NCBI RefSeq assembly: GCF_963921235.1
Contig: NC_086107.1
Span: forward strand, 100,442,001 to 100,506,000
Direction: 5' to 3'
Source of the DNA: Mobula hypostoma
Lineage: Eukaryota
Length of the DNA stretch: 64,000 bases
Made by a program: the position numbers and the translations under genes. Shown in pieces: positions 38,591 through 49,764 of this stretch; within the stretch, counting starts at the first letter, position 1; each line of letters starts with the position of its first letter. Under the pieces are notes generated by a model. It had not been told where the DNA came from and did not search any database. It saw only the letters and a list, made by a program, of their open reading frames with translations.

Positions 38591-40540
38591 CAGTGGAGCT
38601 AGAACGTTTGTGAACCCGACAGAATTTTGTCTCTTTCTGTCTAAATACCACCTAAAATATGATCAAATCTTCACACAAGTCCTAAATCTAGATAAAGAGA
38701 ACCTAATTAAATAAATAACATGAAACATTGTACTTGTTTGTTTATTTATTGAGGAAAATTATCTAATATTACACATATTTGTTGGAAACAGTATGTGAAC
38801 CTCTGCTTTTAGTCACTGGTATGACCCCTTTGTACAGCAATAACTTCAATCAAACATTTCCAGTAACCGTTGATCAGTCCTGCACATCAGCTTGGAGGAA
38901 TTTTAGGCCATTCCTCCTTACAAAACTGTTTCAACTCATGGATGTTTTATAAAATTATGATGGGTACCCAGAGAGTGAATGCAAGCAGGCTTTTTCCACT
39001 GAGGCTAGGGGAGAAAAAAACCAGAGGACATGGGTTAAGCGTGAAGGGGGAAAAGTTTAAAGGGAACATTGGGTGTCTTCTTCACACGGAGAGTGGTGGG
39101 AGTGTGGAATGAGCTGCCAGATGAAGTGGTAAATGCGGGCTCACTTTTAACATTTAAGAAAAACTTGGACAGGTACATGGATGAGAGGTGTATGGAGGGA
39201 TATGGTCCAGGTACATGTCAGTGGAACTAGGCAGAAAAATGGTTCGGCACAGCCAAGAAGGGCCAAAAGGCCTGTTTCTGTGCTGTAATGTTCTATGGTT
39301 CTATGTTGGTGAGCTTCCTTGCATGAACTGCCTGCTTTAAGTCCCTTCCACAGCATTTCTATAGGATTAAGGTCAAGACTTTGACTTGGTCATTCCAAAA
39401 CACAAATTTTCTTCTTTTTAAACCATTCTGTTATTGATTTACTCTTGGCTTTCAGATCATTGTCTTGATGCATTATCCAACTTCTCTTCAGCTTCAGGTG
39501 ATGGACTGCTACCCTGACATTCTCCTGTAAAATGTCTTGATACAATTTTGAATTCATTGTCCCTTCAACGATTACAAGCTGTCCAGGCCCTGAGGCAGCA
39601 AAGCAGCCCCGAACCATGATGCTCCTTCCACCATGTTCTACTATACTCCTTCCACCAACTTCCACTGTTGGGATGAGGTTTCAGTGTTGGTGTTCAGTGC
39701 CCTTTTTCCTCCAAACATAGCAATGTGCATTTCTGTCAACAATTTCAACTTTGGTCTCATCTGTCCACAGAACATTGTCCCAGAAGTGTTGTAGAACATC
39801 CAGGTGGTATTTTGCAAACTTGAGACATGCAGCAATGTTTTTATTTTTGGAGAGCAGTGGTTTCTTCTGTGGTGTCATTCCAAAAACACCATTCTTGTTC
39901 AGTGTTTTTCTTATAGTAAGTTCCAATGTGCTAGAGATTTCTGCAAGTCTTTTGCTATTACCCTTGGGTTCTTTTTCACCTCCTTCACTATTTCACACTG
40001 TGCTCTTGGTGTGACCTTTGCCTACTCCTAGGGAGAGTAGCAACAGTACTGAATTTCGTCCATCTGTAGACAATTTCTCTTACAGTGGACTGATGAACAC
40101 TCAGTTCTTTAGAAATACTTTTGTAGCCTTTTCCATCTTCATGCATCTCTACAATTCTTCTTCTAAGGTCCTCTGAAAGTTGTTTTGATCGAGGTGTAGT
40201 GCACATAAACAGATCATTCTTGAGAAGAGCAAGTAACCTGACTTTGTGTGTCTTTTTTGTAGGGCAGGGCACCTCTACAACCCACACCTCCAATCTCATC
40301 ATATTGATTGGAACACCTGACTGCAGATGTTCACATACTTCTTCCAAACAAATACATGTAATATTAGATCATTTTTCTCAATAAGTAAATGAAAAAGTAC
40401 AATGTTTTTGTGTTACTTGTTTAATTGGGTTCTCTCGATCTAGTTTTACATCTTACGTGAAGATCTGATCACATTTTAGGTCATATTTATGAAGAAATAG
40501 AGAAAATTCTAGAGGGTCCACAAACTTCCCAGTACCACTG
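38591..40540 (-). mobile_element. Full-length degenerate Tc1 element with long (about 215 bp) inverted repeats; transposase pseudogene
   Basis: TA|CAGTGG ... CCACTG|TA. Peptides PRSKQLSEDLRRRIV...GYKSISKEL, FWDNVLWTDETKVE, HGGRSIMVRGCF, QDND and WPSQSLDLNPIE are spread over several frames. Confidence 0.9.
38947..39302 (+). mobile_element. CR1 3' end inserted in the Tc1 transposase
   Basis: Homologous to 18858-19217; ATGTT is duplicated at the junctions. Confidence 0.85.
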
Positions 40541-40744
40541 TAACTGAAATACTCCAACCCAGGCAACACCCTGGTGAATAACCTCTGCATGGCTTCCAGG
40601 ACAAGCACATTATAGGACTGTACTATTCCACCTGTTGCTTAACCAATATTTTTAAAAGTTGTACCATAACTTGTCTGTTCTTATATTCTGCGTCCTAGCT
40701 ATTTTGTAATCTGTATGCCTTCAAACCATCTTATCTACCTGTTC

Positions 40745-40935
40745 ACAAACAAGAGTAAGTCTGCAGATGCTGGAAATCTGAGCAACACACACAAAATGCT
40801 GGAGGAACGCAGCAGGCCAGGCAGCATCCATGGAAAAAAGTACAGTTAACGTTTCGGCCCAAAGCGTCAACTGTACTTTTTTCCCCATAGATGCTGCCTG
40901 GCCTGCTGACTTCCTCCAGAATTTTGTGTGTGTTT
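40745..40935. mobile_element. Inverted Penelope terminal repeats
   Basis: ACACAAAATGCTGGAGGAACGCAGCAGGCCAGGCAGCATC ... GATGCTGCCTGGCCTGCTGACTTCCTCCAGAATTTTGTGT. Confidence 0.7.
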
Positions 40936-41682
40936 ATCTACCTGTTCTACCACTTTCTGGGATCATTGAATTTGTACATCAAGGTCCCTCTGTTTTTCTA
41001 AGGTCCTAGCATTCTCAGTGTAAGTATCTGCCCTTTTAGTCCTCCCAAACTGCATCTGACACTCATCAGATCAGGATTAGATATTTATTTATGTGTGTTT
41101 ATGTATACTGGCCAAAGACTGTGATTGTGGATATCTTATGAGGAAGGCAAGGTATATGATATTCTCAACAGTTCTGACTGGACAAGGTTGCCAATACTTC
41201 ATCTTGTCCATGGCCCTGACATGCTGAGCCTTGCCACCACTGGGATATGTCCTTGAGTTGTTCAATGCCTGTTAGCTGGTTGGTGGTGTACCATTGTTCA
41301 GGACCGGCTGTAGCAGCGTTGTGAGTCTTGTTCTACAAGGATGTTTGTGAGATTGCCTACTGCTGTCTATCACTTGCTTCTTGCTCTTCAGTGTGCAGGT
41401 AGTCCAGCCTTACCAGGTTAGCACCTCAGTTTTAGAAGTTACACATGTTGCTCTCAGCATGCATATTTGCATTCTTCATTAAACCAGGGTTCATCCTCTA
41501 ACTTGTTTGAATGGCTGACTGAGGTTTTATGATCTGATATGCCAGACCATGAGTTACAAATTGTGGTGAGATGTACACTTTTTTGTGACTACAGATGGTC
41601 CACCACAACTTATTGATACTTAGCTTTGAGCTGCCATATTTGATCTGATACTAACCTATCCACCTTCCAACATGATGTAGAT

Positions 41683-41761
41683 CAGGGTTCCCAACCTTTC
41701 TTTATGCCATGGAGCCTTACCATACCCAAGGAGTCGGTGGACCCCATTATGGGAACCCCTG
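41683..41761. mobile_element. hAT MITE of about 80 bp
   Basis: CAGGGTTCCCAA...TGGGAACCCCTG. Confidence 0.7.
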
Positions 41762-43732
41762 CTCCAGATGAAGCTGGTCTTCACAAGGATATGAGATGGT
41801 CAGTTCTATCAGTGATGTCCTGTACAGATGCATTAGCAATTTGGTAGCTGTGTCTTCCAACAACTGGATATCTGAGAGTGAGTGATGCCACCAGTCCACT
41901 CTTATTGAAGTTTCTCCATACTTGCTACTTTCAATGCTTTTTTCAAGTGTTGTTCAGTGTAAAGGAGGAAGATTTATCAACTGAGGGAGGAGGCATTGTT
42001 TGATTTGAGAGTTCATGGTGTTTTGTAGTGAACAATTCAATAGTTCAATTCTCCCCGCTACCTATAAGGAGTTTATATGTTGTCCCAGTGATCATGTGGG
42101 TTTCCTCCGGGTGCTCCAGTTTCCTCCCACAGTCCAAAGATGCATTGGCTGATAGGTTAATTGGTCATTGTAAATTATCTTGTGAGTAGGCTGGAGTTAA
42201 ATTGAGGGATTGTAGGGCGGAAGGGGATATTTCGCACTGTATCTCAATAAATAAATAAATTAAGTGACTATCAGGGTAGATAAAGAGAAAGGAGAAATGG
42301 AAATTGGTAATCATTTATAAGACTATAAGATATAGGAGCAGAATTCGGCCATTTGAACCATCGAATCTGCTCTGCCATTCCACCATAGCTGATTTATTAT
42401 TTCTCTTAATCCTATTCTCCTGCCTTCTCTCTCTAACCTTTGATACCCTTACTAATCAACAACATATCAATCTCCACTTTAAATTCTGTAATCTCCACTT
42501 TAAGACTTTGCCCCTACAGCTGTCTGTGGCAACGAATTCCACAGATTCACCTCCCTCTGGCTAAAGAAATTCCTCCTCATCTCTGTTCTAAAAGGACTTC
42601 CTTCTATTCTGAGGCTATGCCCTCCAGTCCTATATTCCACAACAATAGGAAACATTTTCACTATGTCCACTCTATCTAGGCCTTTCAGTATTCAATACTG
42701 TAAACTGAATGTTGCAATGAGATTCCACCCCCCCCCCCCAATTCTTATACTCCGGCAAGTACGGGCCCAAGAGCCATCAAATGCTCCTCTTCTGTTAACC
42801 CTTTCATTTCATTCCCAGGATCATTCTCATGAACCTCCTCTGGACCCTCTACAATGCCAACACATCCTTTCTTAGAAAATGGGCTTGCAAGTACCACCAA
42901 CTACTCATCCTGCTCCCCAAGCCGCAGCCTCACCAACCAAGAGTAAGAGCAGGTAAATCGCACACCATCCTGAACATTTTGCTGCTCCTTCATTGTCACC
43001 GAATTGAAATCACGGAACTATATTCAACAGATCACAGGAGCACCATCACTAGAAATATCGCAGTGATTCAAGAAGTCACTTGACCACTATCTTCAATGAT
43101 ATTTAATTTCAGCAATGAGTTTTTGCCAGTGCATCATTGGATAGCTAGCTGTGTGTGTTTGGGATGTTATAGCCACTGCAGGAACATGGCTAAGGGAGGG
43201 ACAGGACTCGTAGTTTAATGTTCTGGGCACAGGTGCTTCAGGTGGGTGCAGAAAAGAGAGGATGGGGAGCTGCGTTTCTGATTAAGGGGAAATTTCACGG
43301 TAGTAGTTGGAGGTGAAATTGCTGAAAGATGATACAGTGAGGCTTTATGGGTGGAATTGGGAAATAAAAAGGAGATAATCACTTTGTTGGCTTTCTACTA
43401 TTGGGTCTCAAACAGTAAATACAAATTAGAGGACAAATATGGAAGCAGATTGTGGTGAGACATGACAATAATACGGTTGTCATAGAAGGAGATTTTAACT
43501 TGCCTAACCTGCCATATTGTTACGGACTTAAATAGGGTGAAATTTGTTAAGTGAACTTCCTTGGACAATATATAAAGGGCCCTACTAGTGAGAGGGCAAA
43601 GCCTAACCTAGTCTTGGGTAATAGGGCATTGGGGGAGCACGTTGGGACCAGTTTCCATAGTTCTAGTAATTGTAAACTGGTTACGGAAAGAGGAAGAGTT
43701 GGTCCACAGGTTCAAGTTCTAAATTAGACAAG

Positions 43733-44160
43733 GTTGAACAAGTTAGGTCTTTATTCTTTGGAGCGTAGAAGGTTGAGGGGGGACTTGATAGAAGAGATGT
43801 TTAAAATTATGAGGGGGATTGATAGAGTTGACGTGGAAAGGCTTTTTCCATTGAGAGTGGGGGAGATTCAAACAGGAGGACATGTGTTAAGAGTTAAGGG
43901 GCAAAATTTTAGGGGTAACACGAGGGGGAACTTCTTTTCTCAGAGAGTGGTAGCTGTGTGGAACGAGCTTCCAGCGGAAGTGGTTGAGGCAGGTTCGATG
44001 TTGTTGTTTAAAGTTAAATTGGATAGATATATGGACAGGAAAGGAATGGAGGGTTATGGGTTGAGTGCAGGTCGGTGGGACTAGGTGAGAGTAAGAACTC
44101 GGCATGGACTAGAAGGGCCGAGATGGCCTGTTTCCGTGCTGTAATTGTTATATGGTTATA
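43733..44160 (+). mobile_element. CR1 3' fragment
   Basis: [17 protein letters not shown]...[14 protein letters not shown]; tail TTATATGGTTATA. Confidence 0.88.
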
Positions 44161-44982
44161 AGGTGAATTCTGACAGTGTGAGACAGGAGTTAGCTGATTT
44201 TCAAAAGATATGTTTGGGGGAACACGGTACCGCGGTGATTAGAGTAACACTACTGCCATGCCAGCAACCCAGATTCAGTTCTGCTGCTGTCTCTGTGGAG
44301 CTTGTACTTTCCCCCTGTGACTGCAGAGATTTCCTCCGGGGGTTCCGCTTCCCTCCACATTCCAAAGACAAAAGGGCCTGTTGCCATGCTGTCCCTCTAA
44401 GTAACAAAAAAATATTGTCAATAAAGGGAGCTAGCTAACCTGTTTCTGTATAGTTGCATCCATTTGACATCGTAGTAAGTTGCCCAGATATTTAATATTT
44501 ACAAAACGCAGGACCAATCCAAACCCGTGATTACTGCCCCATCGCTATACTTTCAGTTGTCAAAATGATAAAAATGCTTTTAAACTGCACTTATTCACAC
44601 TCACTGGTGCTTAACTTGGAGTTCTGCAGGATTATTTGGCTCCACATCTCATTATATCCCTGACTCCAAAGGTAACATTTAACTGACCATATTTAAAATT
44701 AAGATAACATTTGACTGAGCCTAATGATTAGCACTCCCTGGTAAAATTGGTATTGAGAATCAATGATTTGGCTAGAGTTATTCATAGCACTAAGGTTGCA
44801 GATGTAGGAGATCAATCATCTTATTCTCAGGATATCACAGCCAGAAATCTTTGGGAATGTCTTAGATCAAACCATTATCCAGCATAACTTCAAGAACGCT
44901 GATGGGCAATGTTCAATTCCATTCCTACACTACAGGGAGTGAGAAGATATCTTCGGTGGTGATGTCTGTTATTGGTCAAGTA

Positions 44983-45597
44983 GGGGGCCGTGCACAATTC
45001 TGATTTGATGGAGACAGATGTGAGAGCATGGAGAAACATCTGGAAAACTTCTGAAATGCCTGCTTCGCTGCCGCTGCTACTGTGTGGTAATCGGAATCTC
45101 CGGAGCTGAAGGCCTCGATATCCTCGGCTTTGCATGTTTCAGCGGCCGGGGAGATGTTGAAGGCGCTCGGCAGAGGATGGCGCTCGGGAGGCTGTATTGG
45201 AGGAGGCTGGTCAGAAGCTCGAAGTTTTCGGATGGACGGACTCAGTGTCGGTTGTGGTCGGCTGCTTCCAAGGTATTGGCAAGTTGACAGTGCCTGGAGG
45301 TTTATGGCAGGGAGTTTCTCCCTTTTGCCGCCTGCTATCAGGGACTCAGGAGTCGATCGACTTGGGGACTTTGAGACTTTTGTTTTTACTGTGCCCATGG
45401 TCTGTTCTTCATCAAATTATGGTATTGCTTTGCACTGCTGTAACTATATGTTTTAATTATGTGGTTCTGTCAGTGTTTGTCTTTGGTTTGTCCTGTTTTC
45501 TGTGATATCACTCCAGAGAAACATTGTATCATTTCTTAATGCATGTATGCATTTCTAAATGACAATAAAGGAGGACTGAGTGTTCTCATAATCTAAA
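44983..45597 (+). mobile_element. Unclassified retroposon, copy B (5'-truncated)
   Basis: Homologous to copies A and C, with the same AATAAA-hairpin-ATCTA end. Confidence 0.75.
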
Positions 45598-45699
45598 AAT
45601 GAAGTAGCTCCTACCTGAATGCAGCAATTCCATGCATGGCCTGGAAAGTGTCAGGTAACATCCATGCGCATGTAAGTGTCAGATGATGACCATCTCCAA

Positions 45700-46247
45700 C
45701 AGTTTTGGGCTCCTCATCTAAGAAAAGATGTGCTAGCATTGTAGAGGGCTCAGAGGAAGTTTACAAGGATGATTCTGGGAATGAAAGGGTTATCACAGGA
45801 GGAACGTTTGATAGCTCTGGGTCTGTACTTGCTGGAATTTAGAAGGATTTGCGGGGGGGGGGGATCTCATTGAAACCTTTCTAATGTTGAAAGGCCTAGA
45901 CAGAGTAGATGTGGAAAGAATGTTTCCCATGGTGGGCGAGTTTCGGACAAGAGGGCACAAACTTAGGATAGAGGGGTGTCTATTTAAAACAGAGCTGCGG
46001 CGAAATTTCTTTAGCCAGAGGGTGATGAATTTGTGGAATTTGTTACCACAGGCAGTTGTCGGGGCCAGGTCATTGGGTGTATATAAGGCAGAGCTTCATA
46101 GGTTCTTGATTGGGCACGGCATCAAAGGTTATGGGGAGAAGGCCGAGGAGTGGGGCTGAGGAGGGGAGAAAAGGATCTGCCCTGATTGAATGACAGAGCA
46201 GAGTCAATGGGCCAAATGGCCTAGTTAGCTCCTATGTCTTATGGTCT
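45700..46247 (+). mobile_element. CR1 3' fragment
   Basis: MLKGLDRVDVERMFPMVGEFRTRGHKLRI...FFSQRVMNLWNLLP. Confidence 0.85.
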
Positions 46248-48098
46248 AAATCAAAACACTGCAGATGTTGAAAACCTGAAATGAAAACAGAAAATGATAC
46301 AAACAAAAAAAATCTATGGAAAGAGAAACAGGGTTATTAATTCAGCTTGAAGACTGTTTTTCTGAGCTGCGAAAAAGAGATATGAAGGATGTTGGGAGGG
46401 ATGGAGAGGGCAAAGGAAATATTTCTGATAGGGTGAGACCAGGAGTGCCATGGGAATAAATTGCAGAGGCTATCTGGTCAATGGATTATTGAGGGTAGTT
46501 ATGAAGAAATGAAACTGAAGCCACGAGATGAGGATAGTTCAAGAGCGACAGTGAAATGAAAAATGCAGGGAAATAGGGCTTTAGCAATTTTATTCTCCAT
46601 TCCACTGCTACAGTAGCTCATCTATCTGTCACCTTGTGGATTGTTATAACAAAGCCCAAAGTGAACTTCAGAAACTGCGCCTTGTCTGAGCACATTGCAG
46701 TTTTTTGGACTTAATACTGAATTCTGCAAATTCCAGTTCCTTCCTTTGTGTGTATCAGAGCAAGATATTTATACCGAAATCTTTAACATATGGTATTGCC
46801 TCAGTTGTCTCTCCATTATCATTGCTCGACCAGATTAGCACTAAGGTAATGATTGTCTGATTCAATTTGAAACTGATTTATTCTGTGTTTTGTTTATTAT
46901 TCAGTTAATCAATTTACTTACACAGTTAACAAATTTCACCTCACATGCCGGTGATAATAAACCTGATTCTGATTATATTCTGCATTTACCTTCCACCATT
47001 TAATGGTCTAAACCCTTTTGTCCTTTATTGTCATTTCAAATGCATCCTGTTTCTCTCTCAATCGTAATTAAATTTTAGGGTTTTAGTAGTATGGTTGCTA
47101 TGAAAGTGGATGTGTAAGCCTAAACTAATGATCTAAATAAATGAGTTCAAATTGAAATTAAATAAATATGGAGTAAGTCAGTAATAGTACCTGTAAAACT
47201 ATTTAACTCTCATAACATTAAAATCATTCTGGAAATTAATCTGTAATGGTAGCTATGAAACTAATAAACGTCATGAAAAATGTACTTAATTGATGCACTT
47301 TAGGGAAGGAAATCAGTCATCTGTACCAGATCTGACTGATGCATGACTGCAGACCCATTATCAATGTGGTTGGGTCTAATTGACCTTCTGAAATGGCCTG
47401 GCAAGCCACTCAGTCATGTTAGCATATGGAAGATGGTAACTCACTGCTCTCTTCTCAAGGGTAATCAGGAATATAAAGTAAATGTTGGCCTTTCCTGCAA
47501 TACCCATGCTTAATGAATGAAAAAGTTGCAACACTTTTTTCCAACAGCAGTTCTGATATCCTTGATTAAAGCATCCCAAACCCTCCTCCTTCCCCTGCCA
47601 TTCTAGAACCTGTAATGTTGAGCAACCAAATCTACTTTATTGCAGTCACATTACTGCCTCTCATACTACATCTGTTTCCTGTCTGTAAATTATTATCTTC
47701 ATTTCCCTTGTTCTGCTTCATGAACTTTAACGTTACTTGTTTATTTGTGCACGTTTACCTTTTAGTGGCCATTTTACACTTGTGCTCTATGGAGTATTGC
47801 AAGTGGCTGGCTCCTTGCCTTCATCCAATCTTTTCACTCTCAATTTCTTTCATTTTCAAATTGTTGTTATCTTTACTAGATTTCTCTTGTATGAGCAGCT
47901 TAAAAGTCTAAAAATGATTTACAACATGTGGTTATTGCTAACAGGGCCGTTGTTTATGACCAATCTCAAGAAGTTTGGAATTATCACGGTCTGGTGAAAG
48001 GAATTCCATGGTATTCCAGGATTTGAACCTAGAGATTTTGAAGCGCTCAGTGTATTTTCAAGAGAGGCTGGTATGTGACTTGGACAGAATCTCTAGAT

Positions 48099-48179
48099 CA
48101 GGGTTTCCCAAACTTTTTCATGCCATGGACCCCTACCATTAACTGAGGGGTTCGTGGAACTGCAGGTTGGAAATCCCTG
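48099..48179. mobile_element. 81-bp hAT MITE
   Basis: CAGGGTTTCCCAA...TTGGAAATCCCTG, flanked by CTCTAGAT / ATCTAGAT (8-bp TSD with one mismatch). Confidence 0.8.
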
Positions 48180-49464
48180 ATCTAGATTATGATGATGACC
48201 CATGCATAGAACATAGAACAATACAGTACAGGAACAGGCCCTTCAGCCCGCAATGTTGTGCTGAACCAGCTAAAAATGCAAATCTGAAACACCCAAACAC
48301 TGATCCCACCTACCTATACATTGCCCATATCCCTCCATCTTCCTCACATTCACGTGCCTATCTAAAAGTCTCTTTAAAGCCTCTAATGTATTTGCCACGT
48401 GCCTATCTAAAAGTCTCTTTAAAGCCTCTAATGTATTTGCCTCTACCACCACACCAGGCAGCACATTCCAGGCATCCACCACCCTCAGAGTTAAAAACTT
48501 ACCCCTCACATCCCCTTTGAACCTACCCCCTCTCACCTTCAATGCATCCCCTAGGTATCAGACATTTCAACCCAGGGAAACGGATACTCCCTGTCTACTC
48601 TATCTATGCCTCTCATAATTTTATAAAGCTCTTTCAGATCTCCCCTCAGCCCCACTGCTCCAGAGAAAACAACCCAAGTTTGTCCAGCCACTCATGATTG
48701 CACCTGCCCTCTAAACCAGGCAGCATCCTGGCAAACCTCTTCTGCACCTTCTCCAGAGCCTCAACATCCTTCTTTTAGTGGGGTGACCAGAACTGTACAC
48801 AATACTCCAGATGTGGCCACACCAGAGTTTTATAAAGTGCAGCATAATCTCTTGACTTTCGAACTCAGTGCCTTGACTAATAAAAACAAGCATTCCATAA
48901 GCTTTCTTAGCCACCCTATAGACCTGTGTAGCAACTTTCAAGGAACTGTGAACTTGGATCCCAAGATCTCTTTGCTCAGCAACACTGTTAAGGATCTTGC
49001 CCTTAATAGTGTACTGTCTCCTTACGTTTGCTTTACCAAGGTGCACCAACTCATATTTATCTGGGTTAAATTCCACCTGCCATTTCTTTGCTCATATCTG
49101 CAAGGGGAGAGAAGGAGAAGATGGCGGGATACAGCACGTGCGGCTGCTCCAAAATGATATCGCATTTGTATGTAGGTACCGTGCACAATCCTGATTTGAT
49201 GGAGACAGATGTGAGAAGCACGGAGGAACATCTGGAGAAACTTCTGAAATGCCCGCTTCGCTGCCGCTGCTACTGTGCAATTAAGAATCTCCGGAGGGGA
49301 AGGCCCCAAATCCTTGGCTTTGCCTATTGCCTGTTGCTGGGGCCGGGGTCGAAGCCCTTGGCAGAGATGGTGCTCGGTGCTCAGTGTCGGAGGGCTGGTC
49401 GGACGCTCGAAGTTTTCGGACAGACTCAAGAGTCGGCTGTGGTCGGGTGCTTCCAGGATGCTGC

Positions 49465-49694
49465 TGAAGCACCTTCAATTACTCCAAAAGACTGAGGTTT
49501 GGTAAAAATACTGAAAGGCTTTTATTCGCTGTACAATACGACCTCCACAGTGAGTGTCTGCCCCCGGACTGAGGGGGAGGGGCAAGACGCACACCTTTAT
49601 ACAGGACTCTGTGGGAGGAGCCACAGGGGCAGTCAGCAGAGGGGTGTGTCCAGACAGGTAACCGAGTTACAACATATATACATGATTTACCACA
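49465..49694 (-). repeat. Gypsy 3' LTR
   Basis: Direct repeat of 53714-53943 with one A/G difference (49685 vs 53934). Preceded in sense by PPT AAAAAAAAGGAGGGGTGAA. Confidence 0.95.
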
Positions 49695-49764
49695 TTCACC
49701 CCTCCTTTTTTTTAAAAAGAGTCCTGCGGGGTAAAGTGACTGACAATATTTACAAGAAGTATAT

